Source of the DNA: an uncultured Chloroflexia bacterium
Lineage (GTDB): Bacteria; Chloroflexota; Anaerolineae; Anaerolineales; E44-bin32
Direction of reading: 5' to 3'
DNA: 64,000 bases
NCBI GenBank assembly: GCA_963807065.1
Contig: CAWDZQ010000001.1
Coordinates: 266,014 to 330,013 of the forward strand
This document shows positions 37,224 through 46,287 of this stretch, piece after piece (position 1 is the stretch's first letter; each line of letters begins with the position of its first letter). The notes under the pieces are model-generated. The model was not told the DNA's origin. It made no database searches and saw only the letters and a list, made by a program, of their open reading frames with translations. The translations under genes and the position numbers were made by a program.

Positions 37224-38309
37224 TCAGTCGACCATTTCCAGCGGGATCACATTGCCGCCCTCAAGCGCCAAGCGCGAGGTCTGGATCGAAACGTCCTCGG
37301 CCACGGCCGTCAGGGCCTGGGCGACGGCGGATTCGGGATGCGAGATGACCACCGGGATCCCGCTGTCTCCGCCCTGGCGCACGCTGGGATCCATCGGTAT
37401 GGCGCCGATGTAGCGCGTGTTGGATTGGTCCGCCAAAAGCCTTCCGCCGCCTTGCCCAAAGACGTCAAAATGGGATCCGTCCGGCAGCTCAAGATAGCTC
37501 ATGTTTTCAACCACCCCCAGAAGAGGCACGTCCATCGTTCGGAACATCTCCAGCCCGCGGCGGGCATCTTCAAGCGACACCTTTTGCGGCAGTGTGACGA
37601 TCACCGCCCCTGAAAGGGGCAGCGACTGGGTCAAGCTCAGGGGCGCGTCCCCTGTCCCAGGCGGCAGATCGACGATCAGGTAATCGAGGTCGCCCCAGGC
37701 CACGTCACTGATGAATTGGCGAATCGCCGAGTGAAGCATGGGACCCCGCCAAATGAGAGGCTGGCCTGGCTCAACCAGGAAGGCAATGGAAATCAGCTTG
37801 ACCCCATATGCTTCGGCCGGGGTCATCTTGTTCCCGTGGGGGTTGGGCATATGGTCGACGCCAAGCATGGTGGGGACGTTCGGCCCATAGACGTCAGCGT
37901 CCAGCAGGCCGACGCTGGCCCCAGCTTTGGCCAGGGCGGCGGCGACATTCACCGAAACCGTGGTCTTGCCCACCCCCCCCTTCCCGGAGGCGATGGCGAT
38001 GGCGTTCTTGATCGGGCGCTCGGCCAAATCGCGGTTTCGCCCGTCGGCGGGTACCTCAGCTTTGACAGAGATGTCCAGCCTTTCAACGCCAGGGAGCGCA
38101 AGGACCACCCGCCTCGCCTCGGCTTCGATCTCGGTCCGCTTAGGATGGGCGGGGGTGCACAGGACCAAATCGAAGGACACGCCGCCGCCTTGAACGTCGA
38201 TCCCTCGAACCGCCCCAAGTTGAACCAGGTCTTGTTCCAGCACCGGATCCTTGACGTTCTTCAGAGCGGCTAAGACGGACTCCGGCGTGAGACCTAGACT
38301 GGTTGGCAT
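37224..38309 (-). CDS. mrp: Mrp/NBP35/ApbC-family Fe-S cluster carrier ATPase
   Basis: N-terminal DUF59-like domain (VKDPVLEQDLVQLGAV). Walker A ASGKGGVGKTT. CxxC-equivalent region. I prefer the start at 38309 (MPTSLGL..) over the track start at 38462. Confidence 0.85.
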   Translation of the reverse strand: MPTSLGLTPESVLAALKNVKDPVLEQDLVQLGAVRGIDVQGGGVSFDLVLCTPAHPKRTEIEAEARRVVLALPGVERLDISVKAEVPADGRNRDLAERPIKNAIAIASGKGGVGKTTVSVNVAAALAKAGASVGLLDADVYGPNVPTMLGVDHMPNPHGNKMTPAEAYGVKLISIAFLVEPGQPLIWRGPMLHSAIRQFISDVAWGDLDYLIVDLPPGTGDAPLSLTQSLPLSGAVIVTLPQKVSLEDARRGLEMFRTMDVPLLGVVENMSYLELPDGSHFDVFGQGGGRLLADQSNTRYIGAIPMDPSVRQGGDSGIPVVISHPESAVAQALTAVAEDVSIQTSRLALEGGNVIPLEMVD

Positions 38310-38319
38310 AACAAGACCT

Positions 38320-38697
38320 TCAACCTTCCTTCTGGGCCTTCGAAAACGACTCCCGGCCACCATCAAGGTAGGCCGATATCTCCCACTTGGCATCTTCATA
38401 CAGGGCGCGCAGCTCTTCGTCCGCGCCACGATAGCGGCGGACGGCCATGCCGGCACATACACTGCAGCCTCGCATGGCTCGATAGCAGTCGGTGTGGCAG
38501 GTCAGACAGCCGTTGACCCTGATCAGCACCAGGCTGAACGCCAGCTGCGCCACCGAATCATCGGGCGCGCGGCACGCCTCGGCCACCATTTGGCGCCACG
38601 TCTCCCCGCGCAGGTCTTTTAGGCTTGAAGCGACCCGCATCGGGAAGAGAATTTCTGTGTCGCTGTGGTATCCCCAGCCCCCGGTTGGTTTGAGCAT
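38320..38697 (-). CDS. hypothetical Cys-rich protein between nuoI and mrp
   Basis: ORF with the cluster NGCLTCHTDCYRAMRGCSVC. It ends 11 nt before the mrp start. No family recognised, and the start codon is uncertain (38697 or 38760). Confidence 0.4.
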   Translation of the reverse strand: MLKPTGGWGYHSDTEILFPMRVASSLKDLRGETWRQMVAEACRAPDDSVAQLAFSLVLIRVNGCLTCHTDCYRAMRGCSVCAGMAVRRYRGADEELRALYEDAKWEISAYLDGGRESFSKAQKEG

Positions 38698-38784
38698 CAC
38701 GTCCCCGCCCTTCCACACGCCGAGCCCTGGGCAAGCGGCTCTCGACATTGGGAGGCCCAAGAGCTGCCGGTTGGCATTAGGTCG

Positions 38785-39387
38785 TCAACGACCTCGGCGG
38801 CTCTTCTTGAATTCTTTTTCAGCCCGATTGATTTCTTCCCGAGCGTAATTGGTCGGTCGGATGGAGGCGTAGTAGTCGACCGGCCTCGAGAGTTTGGTCT
38901 TGTTGTAGATGTGCCCTTCAAAACGATCGCCGTCCGATAGCTCGAAATCATGATCCATCTTGATGGCGTCAAAGGGGCAGAACTCGGCGCAAAGTCCGCA
39001 GTTCATGCATATATCGATATCGATGTAGAACTCGGCAGGCTCCGGCACCGGCCGACCCGTTTCGGGATCGTCTGAGCGGACAATCCAGATGCACTGCGGA
39101 GGGCACACTTTGGCGCAAATCCCGCATGACGTACAGCGGTCATGCTTGCTGCCATCCTGATCGACTTCGTAGATCAGAAAAGGCAGAAAGCGGAATTCTT
39201 CTGGGATGGGCAGTTTCTCTTCTGGGTATTGAACGGTGAACACACCCCGGCCTTCCGGGCCTTGCCGGACGGCCAGCGCGTCGTCGTTGTAGTAGCGCCG
39301 GCCTAGCCAACGAAGATCATCGATGTAGGTTTCAATGAAATGCCACAGGGTAACCCCCAGGCCTTTGATGATACCGATTCCGTACAT
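38785..39387 (-). CDS. nuoI: NADH-quinone oxidoreductase subunit I (2x[4Fe-4S] ferredoxin)
   Basis: Two CxxCxxCxxxCP motifs: CTSCGICAKVCP and CMNCGLCAEFCP. Confidence 0.85.
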   Translation of the reverse strand: MYGIGIIKGLGVTLWHFIETYIDDLRWLGRRYYNDDALAVRQGPEGRGVFTVQYPEEKLPIPEEFRFLPFLIYEVDQDGSKHDRCTSCGICAKVCPPQCIWIVRSDDPETGRPVPEPAEFYIDIDICMNCGLCAEFCPFDAIKMDHDFELSDGDRFEGHIYNKTKLSRPVDYYASIRPTNYAREEINRAEKEFKKSRRGR

Positions 39388-39438
39388 GGGCCTAGTGGAC
39401 CTCCAATGGGATGAACCAGAAGACGGACGCGATCCAGC

Positions 39439-40545
39439 TCAGCGATCCACCTCCCCCAAGACGATATCGATCGAACCCAAGACGGCCACGGCGTCAGCGA
39501 TCTTCTGGCCCTTGCACATTTCTCCCAGCGACGTCAGATTGATGAACGATGGAGGACGAACATGATAGCGCCATGGATTGGGAGAGCCGTTGGAAACTAC
39601 ATAGAAACCGAGCTCGCCCTTCGGGCCCTCGACCCGGCCATAGGCTTCGCCGGCGGGAACCCGCACCTGATACACGGGCTTCCCAGCCTGGATCTCACCT
39701 TCTTCCGGTATCTGGTTCAGCACCTGGCGCAGAATGCGCATGCTCTCGCGGATCTCGTCCAGCCGGATCAGGTAGCGATCATAAACGTCGCCATTCTGCC
39801 GCACGGCCACTTTGAAATCAAAGCGTTCGTAGATCGAATAAGGATCCGCCCGTCGAACGTCATACGGGATGCCTGAAGCCCGCAGAACGGGGCCGGCAGC
39901 GGAAAGCGCCACGGCTCGCTCCGGCGTGAGCACCCCGACCCCGATGCACCTCGAACGAACAATTTCGTTGTCGGTCAAGTAGCGATCGAGTTCGTCCACC
40001 CGGCGGGGCAGACGCTCGAACACGAGGTCCCGAAGGGTGTCCAGGGCGCCTTCCGGTAGATCCCGGGCGACGCCGCCAAACCGGAAGTAATTGCACATCA
40101 TACGAGAACCGGCGGTGGCCTCGAAGATGTCCAGGACGATCTCGCGCTCTTTGATGGCATACAGGGCTGGTGTAAAGAAGGCACCCAGATCGTTGAGCAA
40201 GAAGCCGATGGCCCACATGTGGCTGACCACCCGCGTCAGCTCGGCCATCAGCACCCGTATATAGTCGGCGCGTTCGGGCGGGGCGATTCCCATGAGCTTC
40301 TCGACGGCTAGGGCGTAGCCGAAATTGTTGCTCATGGAGGTCACATAGTCCAGCCGATCGGTGAACGGCATGTTCATAATGTAGGTGTTGCGCTCGCCGA
40401 TCTTTTCGTGATTACGGTGCAGATACCCCATAACCGGTTCGAGGTCCACGATCGTCTCGCCTTCGAGCGTGGCCACCATTCGAAACACGCCGTGTGTGGA
40501 AGGATGCTGTGGGCCGAGGTTGACGATCATGCGCTCCGTGTGCAT
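39439..40545 (-). CDS. nuoD: NADH-quinone oxidoreductase subunit D
   Basis: [14 protein letters not shown]..., ...[10 protein letters not shown]..., C-terminus DIVLGEVDR. No NiFe-hydrogenase CxxC motifs. The true start is the ATG at 40545; the 175 aa upstream in the track ORF are an out-of-frame overlap with nuoC. Confidence 0.9.
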   Translation of the reverse strand: MHTERMIVNLGPQHPSTHGVFRMVATLEGETIVDLEPVMGYLHRNHEKIGERNTYIMNMPFTDRLDYVTSMSNNFGYALAVEKLMGIAPPERADYIRVLMAELTRVVSHMWAIGFLLNDLGAFFTPALYAIKEREIVLDIFEATAGSRMMCNYFRFGGVARDLPEGALDTLRDLVFERLPRRVDELDRYLTDNEIVRSRCIGVGVLTPERAVALSAAGPVLRASGIPYDVRRADPYSIYERFDFKVAVRQNGDVYDRYLIRLDEIRESMRILRQVLNQIPEEGEIQAGKPVYQVRVPAGEAYGRVEGPKGELGFYVVSNGSPNPWRYHVRPPSFINLTSLGEMCKGQKIADAVAVLGSIDIVLGEVDR

Positions 40546-40564
40546 GCCGCCATCTTCAGCCCCG

Positions 40565-41191
40565 TCAACGGCGGGTGCATCCCTCCCTAAGCTGGCGTAG
40601 AGCTGTGAGTCTCCCTCTGCTGTCCACGCGTCGAGCGAAGAATTCGGGATACTTGACGTTTTTGAAATGCTCGGTGCGGTCTTCTGCCCTGAAGACCCTG
40701 CCTTCCGGCCATCGATTGCCGAAAGGCTTGGCGTCCTCGATGTAGTAGGCCTCCTGGTAATCCTTGCGCATGGGATGGCCCTCAAAGCCATCCCACATAA
40801 GAATGCGGCGCAAGTTGGGATGCCCTCTAAATTGGATGCCAAACAGGTCCCAGGCTTCACGTTCCTGGAAGTCCGCTCCTGGGTAGATCTCCACCAGGGA
40901 ATCGACCACCGGCGCCTGACGTGGCACCTGAACCTTGAAGACGAGCGCCGGCCCACCCAGGGTCCGATAGGTGTGGTAGACGACTTCCAGCATGCCGTCG
41001 GGCAGGTAATCCACCCCGGTGACACACGACAGATAGTCGTACCCCAAGTCATCGTGCAGGGCCCTAGCAAAGTTCAACAGCTCATCCGGGGCGACCAGAT
41101 AGCCTTCATAGCCTACGCGCTCATCCCGCGTCACGGCCTCAGGAAACATCTCCTCCACGGAGTCCAGCGTGCGGTCGGGCAGTTCAGTCAT
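40565..41191 (-). CDS. nuoC: NADH-quinone oxidoreductase subunit C
   Basis: [22 protein letters not shown] motif. 208 aa. Confidence 0.85.
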   Translation of the reverse strand: MTELPDRTLDSVEEMFPEAVTRDERVGYEGYLVAPDELLNFARALHDDLGYDYLSCVTGVDYLPDGMLEVVYHTYRTLGGPALVFKVQVPRQAPVVDSLVEIYPGADFQEREAWDLFGIQFRGHPNLRRILMWDGFEGHPMRKDYQEAYYIEDAKPFGNRWPEGRVFRAEDRTEHFKNVKYPEFFARRVDSRGRLTALRQLREGCTRR

Positions 41192-41227
41192 GATGAGGGA
41201 GATCCTTGATGATCGAAGTCTTCAAGC

Positions 41228-41888
41228 TCAGTCTCCGGCCCCGGCGGCGGACGGCTCGGGCATTGACTCAGCATCAGAACCCTTGTTGACTTGGAGCATC
41301 TGCGGGAAATCGCGAGGGTCGATGAGATCTTGGCCCAAGATAGGGACAGGGATCGGATCGGAAGCGCGAGATTGGTACCAGCGCGTGTCCCGAATCGGCT
41401 GCCGGTCCATCTTCTCTTGGAGCGTGATCAGGCCATGCAGCAGAGCTTGCGGGCGTCGGCGGGCAGCCCGGGACGTAGACATCCACCGGGAGGAACTTGT
41501 CGATGCCCGACACGACGTTGTAGCCCTCCTTGAACGGGCCGCCGCCGGAAGCGCAGGCACCCATCGCCATTACATACTTGGGTTCGGGCATCTGGTTGTA
41601 GAGCTTTACGATTTGAGGCACCATCTTCTTGGTCACCGTGCCGGAGACGATCATCAAGTCCGATTGGCGCGGGCTGGGCCGCATGACCTCCATGCCAAAT
41701 CTGGCCGTATCATAGCGGCTGGCAGCCGTGCAAATCATCTCGATGGCGCAGCAAGCCAGGCCGAACATCATCGGCCAGACGGAGGATCGGCGACCCCAGT
41801 TGTAGATTTTGTCGAGGGTGGTGATGGAGACCTGACCCCGGAGCTCGTCTGGGATGGGGATGTCCGGATTGTAGAGTTCTTCGGTCAT
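41228..41888 (-). pseudogene. nuoB: NADH-quinone oxidoreductase subunit B with a +1 frame disruption inside the GCPP|RP motif
   Basis: Frame A reads ..[31 protein letters not shown] then nonsense. Frame B continues [18 protein letters not shown]. On the coding strand, ccg ccg A cgc ccg caa restores the conserved motif if one base (A or the preceding G, plus-strand about 41456) is removed. Confidence 0.85.
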
Positions 41889-42021
41889 CCGGCTGGGACC
41901 TCCTCTCCGGGCACTTGGTGGTGCTCGGTGGTCAAACCACAGAAGAAACCATCCGCCAATCCGTGACCGGGGCATGTACGCCTGTCCTGGGTGGCTCACG
42001 GGCATGGCCTCATCGGGATGA

Positions 42022-42039
42022 TTGTGACCCTAGGTCACA
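42022..42039. promoter_or_regulatory. variant palindrome TTGTGACC-cta-GGTCACAc (TGTGA-N7-TCACA) in the nuoB / A-type-carrier divergent region
   Basis: 7-bp perfect arms. Lies about 42 nt downstream of the candidate nuoB -10. Confidence 0.35.
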
Positions 42040-42080
42040 CCGAGGACCGCCCGCCAGCCCACCCTTGGATCAGCGGGTGG

Positions 42081-42111
42081 ATTATACCATCCGGCTCAAC
42101 CCGGCTGTCAA
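42081..42111 (-). promoter_or_regulatory. candidate nuoB promoter TTGACA-19-(TGg)TATAAT
   Basis: On the minus strand: TTGACA (42106..42111) and extended -10 TGgTATAAT (42081..42089). The spacer is long (19 nt), so this is tentative. Confidence 0.35.
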
Positions 42112-42179
42112 GAAATCGGCATCCCTTGCATGGCCGGCACGCTGCGGGCAAGCCGGAATCAGTACAAGCGACGCACAAA

Positions 42180-42208
42180 TTGACAGACATCCCGAATGCT
42201 GATAAACT
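42180..42208 (+). promoter_or_regulatory. sigma-70-type promoter TTGACA-17-TAAACT
   Basis: -35 at 42180..42185 and -10 at 42203..42208, 57 nt upstream of the A-type carrier ATG. Confidence 0.5.
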
Positions 42209-42264
42209 CAACCAAACTTAGCGAAGCCCCAAGGTACCGGGGCACGGTGCAGAGGTGAAGTGTC

Positions 42265-42687
42265 ATGACCATGACTTCCGTGACAATCGAAGATGACACC
42301 ACCCAGGTGCAAAGCGGTGTCAACCTGACCGAGGCGGCTGCGGGCCGGGTTCGGTCGCTGATCGAAGAAAAGAATCTGGCCGGGCACGCGCTCCGCGTGT
42401 TTGTCTCCGGCGGCGGGTGCTCCGGCCTTCAATACGGTATGGCGCTTGAAGGCCAGCCGCGAGAGACCGACCTGCGCTACACGTTCGATGGGATCGACGT
42501 GGTTATCGACCCGCAGTCGATCAACTACCTGCATGGCGCCACGATTGATTACATCGACGATCTGATGGGGGGCGGGTTCAAGATCGAAAACCCAAATGCC
42601 GTGTCCTCGTGCGGCTGTGGTCATTCGTTCCGGACCACCAACACGGGCGGTACGACCGAGGCTGGAGCGGGCAGCTGCAACTGTTGA
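42265..42687 (+). CDS. A-type iron-sulfur cluster carrier (IscA/ErpA/HesB family) with a Gly/Thr-rich, Cys-containing tail
   Basis: LRVFVSGGGCSGLQYGM and C-terminal SCGCGHSF motifs, plus an extra tail ..GSCNC. Confidence 0.85.
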   Translation: MTMTSVTIEDDTTQVQSGVNLTEAAAGRVRSLIEEKNLAGHALRVFVSGGGCSGLQYGMALEGQPRETDLRYTFDGIDVVIDPQSINYLHGATIDYIDDLMGGGFKIENPNAVSSCGCGHSFRTTNTGGTTEAGAGSCNC

Positions 42688-42798
42688 GTTGAGGCACCGG
42701 CCGGGGCAAAGCATCTAAAGTACCGAATAGAAGAATGAGCAGGCCGCTTGACGGCCTGCTTTGTTCTTCCCCCCAAGATCTTGGTGGAGGAGGCTGCG

Positions 42799-43182
42799 AT
42801 GGAGCAATTTCCTCGTCTGTTCACGCCTGAGGAGGCCAATGCAGCGCTGTCCGAAATTCGGCCGCTGCTGGCCGATGCCCTGGCAGCGCGGCAGGATATT
42901 CTGCGCCTCAAACCCGAGTTGGAGTCGACGTTCGAGAAGGCGCTAGGCAACGGCCACAATATCGACTCCTCGGAACTCCTGTCTGCCTTTGAGCGAGTCA
43001 AAGCATCTCTGAAAGAGATCCAGTCTCGCGGCGTATTGGTTAAGGATGTCAATTCGGGGTTGCTGGACTTCCCTTCGCTGCGAGAAGGGAAGATCGTTTT
43101 TCTTTGCTGGCGTTATGGCGAGCCGAGTGTTGGGTTCTGGCACGCTTTGGACGCCGGCTTTGCTGGAAGGCAGCCGATCTAG
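42799..43182 (+). CDS. DUF2203-like protein
   Basis: MEQFPRLFTPEEANAALSEIRPLL... and GVLVKDVNSGLLDFPS..GKIVFLCWRYGE resemble DUF2203. From memory only. Confidence 0.5.
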   Translation: MEQFPRLFTPEEANAALSEIRPLLADALAARQDILRLKPELESTFEKALGNGHNIDSSELLSAFERVKASLKEIQSRGVLVKDVNSGLLDFPSLREGKIVFLCWRYGEPSVGFWHALDAGFAGRQPI

Positions 43183-43192
43183 ACCGCTCTGC

Positions 43193-43834
43193 CTAGCCCC
43201 CTCGCAAGAACGAAACCACCGTGCCAAACAGCCCCAGCACAAGCAGGCCAATGATGGCGATCACCGGTGGAAAACCGGTGCGGACACCGCCATCCGGCGC
43301 GGCAATTGTCGCCTGTACCACGGGAGGCGGCGGCGTGAAGGTCGGCAGACGGGTTGGGGTGACGTTGAGCAGATTGAATTGCGCCGCCAACGTGGGGTTG
43401 ATCGTGGCCGTGATCTGCGGAGTCGGTGTGGGCGGCGGCTCAACCACCTGGAGGAAACCCTGTCCCTGAAGAATGACCAGATTGGCGTAGACCCACCCGA
43501 CGTTTCCAGGAACCCCCGGGTACTGAATCTGAATCCAGTCTCCGCCGACTGAGCGGCCAAGCGCCGGTGCGACCTGACCCTGGAGCAGCACACCGATCTG
43601 TTCATAGGGCGACGTGCCGGGGCCCGAACGCACATTGACGAAGTCGCCCGGCACCAGAATCATCGGCCCCAGCGGGGTGCCGGTGACCGTCGGTTGAGCC
43701 TGCAAATTCGGCCCGTCGGTTTTACCGGATCCGAAGGCCAGCAGCGGGACCCCTGACAACAGAAAAACCAGCCAGACCAGCTTCTTCAAGACGCAGATGA
43801 TCTCCCGAATATTGTCGTCCCAAGCGCGGCGCAT
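43193..43834 (-). CDS. membrane-anchored SH3b-domain protein
   Basis: Signal/TM segment (LVWLVFLLSGVPLLAFG). SH3-like segment (FVNVRSGPGTSPYEQIGVLLQGQVAPALGRSVGGDWIQIQYPG). Pro/Thr linker and a C-terminal TM. Confidence 0.5.
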   Translation of the reverse strand: MRRAWDDNIREIICVLKKLVWLVFLLSGVPLLAFGSGKTDGPNLQAQPTVTGTPLGPMILVPGDFVNVRSGPGTSPYEQIGVLLQGQVAPALGRSVGGDWIQIQYPGVPGNVGWVYANLVILQGQGFLQVVEPPPTPTPQITATINPTLAAQFNLLNVTPTRLPTFTPPPPVVQATIAAPDGGVRTGFPPVIAIIGLLVLGLFGTVVSFLRGG

Positions 43835-43887
43835 TATACTATGTTGGCTGGTTGCCTCGTGTGGAGTCGGGGTCAAAATTGAACGCC

Positions 43888-44478
43888 ATGGAACAACGCG
43901 TTTTCCACGGAGAGCTCGCACCTGAAGACTTGGCCCAGGCCCTGGTGGGCGAGTTTGACCACGCCGGCTACCAGGTACAAACCTTGGGAGATCCCGACCA
44001 CCTGGTGGTCCAGATCGCCAGCCCCGCCCTCCACCGGTCCGGCGGGCAGACGTCGATCACCGTGCATCTGCTCGAAATTGAAGACGGCGTGATGGTGCGT
44101 TTGGGTCAGCAGGCCTGGATGGGCGTGGCCGCAAGCTTGGGCGTGACGGCTTTGGCGGCGCTGAGAAATCCCTTCTCGCTGATCGGCCGCCTGGACGACC
44201 TGGCTCAGGACATCACGTCGCTTCAGCTTACCGAACGCATATGGGACTGCATGGAGCGGACTGCCCAGGGTCTCGGGGCCTCGCATGAGCTCTCCGAAGC
44301 CTTGCGGCGCGTCACCTGCCCATACTGTGGCAGCGCCAACCCCATGGGCAGCCCGAGTTGTTTGGCATGCGGCGCCCCGATGGGCGAGTTGCAGCCCACG
44401 GCTTGCACTCACTGCGGCCAACTCATCAAGGCCGGCGAGACCGTCTGCCCTGAGTGCGGCGAAGCCGTGCCCTCCTAG
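43888..44478 (+). CDS. hypothetical protein with a C-terminal double zinc ribbon
   Basis: CPYCGS..CLACG...CTHCG..CPECG. The N-terminal domain is unassigned. Confidence 0.45.
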   Translation: MEQRVFHGELAPEDLAQALVGEFDHAGYQVQTLGDPDHLVVQIASPALHRSGGQTSITVHLLEIEDGVMVRLGQQAWMGVAASLGVTALAALRNPFSLIGRLDDLAQDITSLQLTERIWDCMERTAQGLGASHELSEALRRVTCPYCGSANPMGSPSCLACGAPMGELQPTACTHCGQLIKAGETVCPECGEAVPS

Positions 44479-44643
44479 GTCACCCCCGCATCTGGATCGC
44501 ACCAAGAAGTCGCCTGCGGCCCTCCCCTGGCCCCTGGGTCCGCGCCCAGCTTGATCTCCAGCCGCCCCAAAGTCAATCCCACCATTTCTTCCTGGGATCG
44601 TGCCATTCCCCGCGGCTGAAGACACACCGCAAACCTTTTACGA

Positions 44644-44663
44644 CTTGTGAAATCCATCACAAG
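44644..44663. promoter_or_regulatory. palindrome copy D: cTTGTGA-aatcca-TCACAAg in a convergent (3'-3') intergenic region
   Basis: Perfect TGTGA-N6-TCACA core at 44646..44661, 30 nt beyond the stop of the minus-strand hydrolase gene. Confidence 0.45.
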
Positions 44664-44690
44664 TAGAATGGCCGATCTGGCTAAGTTCGA

Positions 44691-46181
44691 TCAGCGCTGG
44701 GCGGTGGCGCCGGGAGCGGTCGAGGAGTTGAAGAAGTTGTACGTGGCGCGGGAGAGGTCGGCCACGAGTTTAGAGGCCGGGTTCCAGATCATTTCCTGCT
44801 GGTCCCAGAGGTAGACGGCAATCACGTAGTCGCCGGCCGAGGTGTAGACAATGCCTGCATCGCCCAGCCACTGAAGGGGTGAGTCGGTCCATCCATGCTT
44901 GTGGGCCACCTCGGTGCCATCCGGCACACCGGCTTCGATCAGCACACCAATCTTGTTCTGCACCATGAGATCCAAGATGGTCTGGCACTCGTCAGGCGAA
45001 AGTTCACCGGGAAAGGCGGCTAACAGCGCCCCGCCCCCCTTGCTGCAGCGGTAAAGATCGGCCATCAGCGCACCCATCTGCGTCGCCGTGGTTTGGTTGT
45101 ACGGGTCAGGATGGGTGTTGATGTCGCTGCGGGTGTTGCCAGGGGTCTGGAAGTGCTTCAGCAGCTGGGACCCGAGATGAAAATAGCCGGCGATGAAGGT
45201 GCTGTCCAAGCCCAGTGATTGCATTGTGTCGCTCACCTTCAATGGCCCCTGAAAACGGTCCATCTGCTCCATCAAGGCGTCGGCGCTGTCGTTGCCGGAC
45301 AAGGTGAGCATGTCCTTGAGCCACCCCTGGGCAGCCGAACTCAGGGGTGAGTCGAAGTACCGGAAAAAACTGATGGCGATGGGCACCTTGATCGTCGAGC
45401 CGGCCGTGATCGACACGTCGGGTTCCCCCGGAAGGTCCGTCCCGCCAAGGTTGAGGACGTGCAGGTCCTCGCCGCTGCGGAGATCTATCACGTAGATGTC
45501 TGCCAGGCCGTTGAACTGCTGCACCAGCAGGATCTGCTTGAGCAGGGTTCCCAGGGTGGCCAGGCTGGGCCGTCCTGGTTGGCTGTCCACGACCGGCAAT
45601 GTGACCTGCCGGTCGCTCGGCTGGTTGAGCGCCTCGCCGATCAGCTCGGAGGCCCGGGCGACGTCCAGCACCTTTCCGGAGCTTCCGGGCTCAAACTGGG
45701 TCGTGCCCGGCACCGGCCGCGGCGGAAGCGGGGGTTGATCGTAGCGCGCCCCAATATCCTTGAGCAGCGTTTCCAGCTCGGATTCTGAGTACTCGGATCG
45801 AATAGGGACATTGGAGGCGTCACCCGGGCGGTTCCACAGGTAGTCCCAGTAGCCGGACCAAAATCCGGGGCCTGTGCGGTCAAGCTCGGCGGCGGCCATC
45901 ATGGCCTCCGAGTCCAGCCTGAAGCCAACCTGGGATGGGGTGAGCAAGATGAGTTGATTGCCGTAGAACAACGCTACCGGCGTGCTGTAGGTCTGCGCCA
46001 GGCGTTCCAACGCCGCCGGCTGGTCCAGGCCCCCCACGGGCACTCCGGCCACGGAAAGGCCCTCCGGCATGCCCGCTCGCTGCCGGCTGTAGAGCACCAG
46101 CTCGATGAAGAAAAGAACGACGGCAGCCAGAAGCATGCCGATGGAAACCCAGCGAAGGAGATTGGGACCACGTCTACGCAT
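44691..46181 (-). CDS. membrane-anchored serine hydrolase, class-A beta-lactamase-like fold
   Basis: N-terminal TM. S-x-x-K motif (GSTIKV). About 250-aa C-terminal domain with a KHGWT-like (KTG-equivalent) motif. Confidence 0.55.
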   Translation of the reverse strand: MRRRGPNLLRWVSIGMLLAAVVLFFIELVLYSRQRAGMPEGLSVAGVPVGGLDQPAALERLAQTYSTPVALFYGNQLILLTPSQVGFRLDSEAMMAAAELDRTGPGFWSGYWDYLWNRPGDASNVPIRSEYSESELETLLKDIGARYDQPPLPPRPVPGTTQFEPGSSGKVLDVARASELIGEALNQPSDRQVTLPVVDSQPGRPSLATLGTLLKQILLVQQFNGLADIYVIDLRSGEDLHVLNLGGTDLPGEPDVSITAGSTIKVPIAISFFRYFDSPLSSAAQGWLKDMLTLSGNDSADALMEQMDRFQGPLKVSDTMQSLGLDSTFIAGYFHLGSQLLKHFQTPGNTRSDINTHPDPYNQTTATQMGALMADLYRCSKGGGALLAAFPGELSPDECQTILDLMVQNKIGVLIEAGVPDGTEVAHKHGWTDSPLQWLGDAGIVYTSAGDYVIAVYLWDQQEMIWNPASKLVADLSRATYNFFNSSTAPGATAQR

Positions 46182-46287
46182 AGGACATCACAGCCAGGCA
46201 GTATAACATAGCCGCTCAGGCGGCCCTCAGGTGCCGGTCCAGCGTTCAGCATGCGTAATCCGGCGCCTTCTCAGGCTCAAAACGACA

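Noticed and set aside
40546-41070. The track ORF 39439..41070 suggests a 543-aa NuoD, or a NuoC-NuoD fusion.
   Set aside because: The first 175 aa are an out-of-frame read across nuoC (Cys/Arg/Trp-rich nonsense). nuoC has its own stop at 40565. A proper ATG for NuoD ([15 protein letters not shown]) follows 20 nt later.
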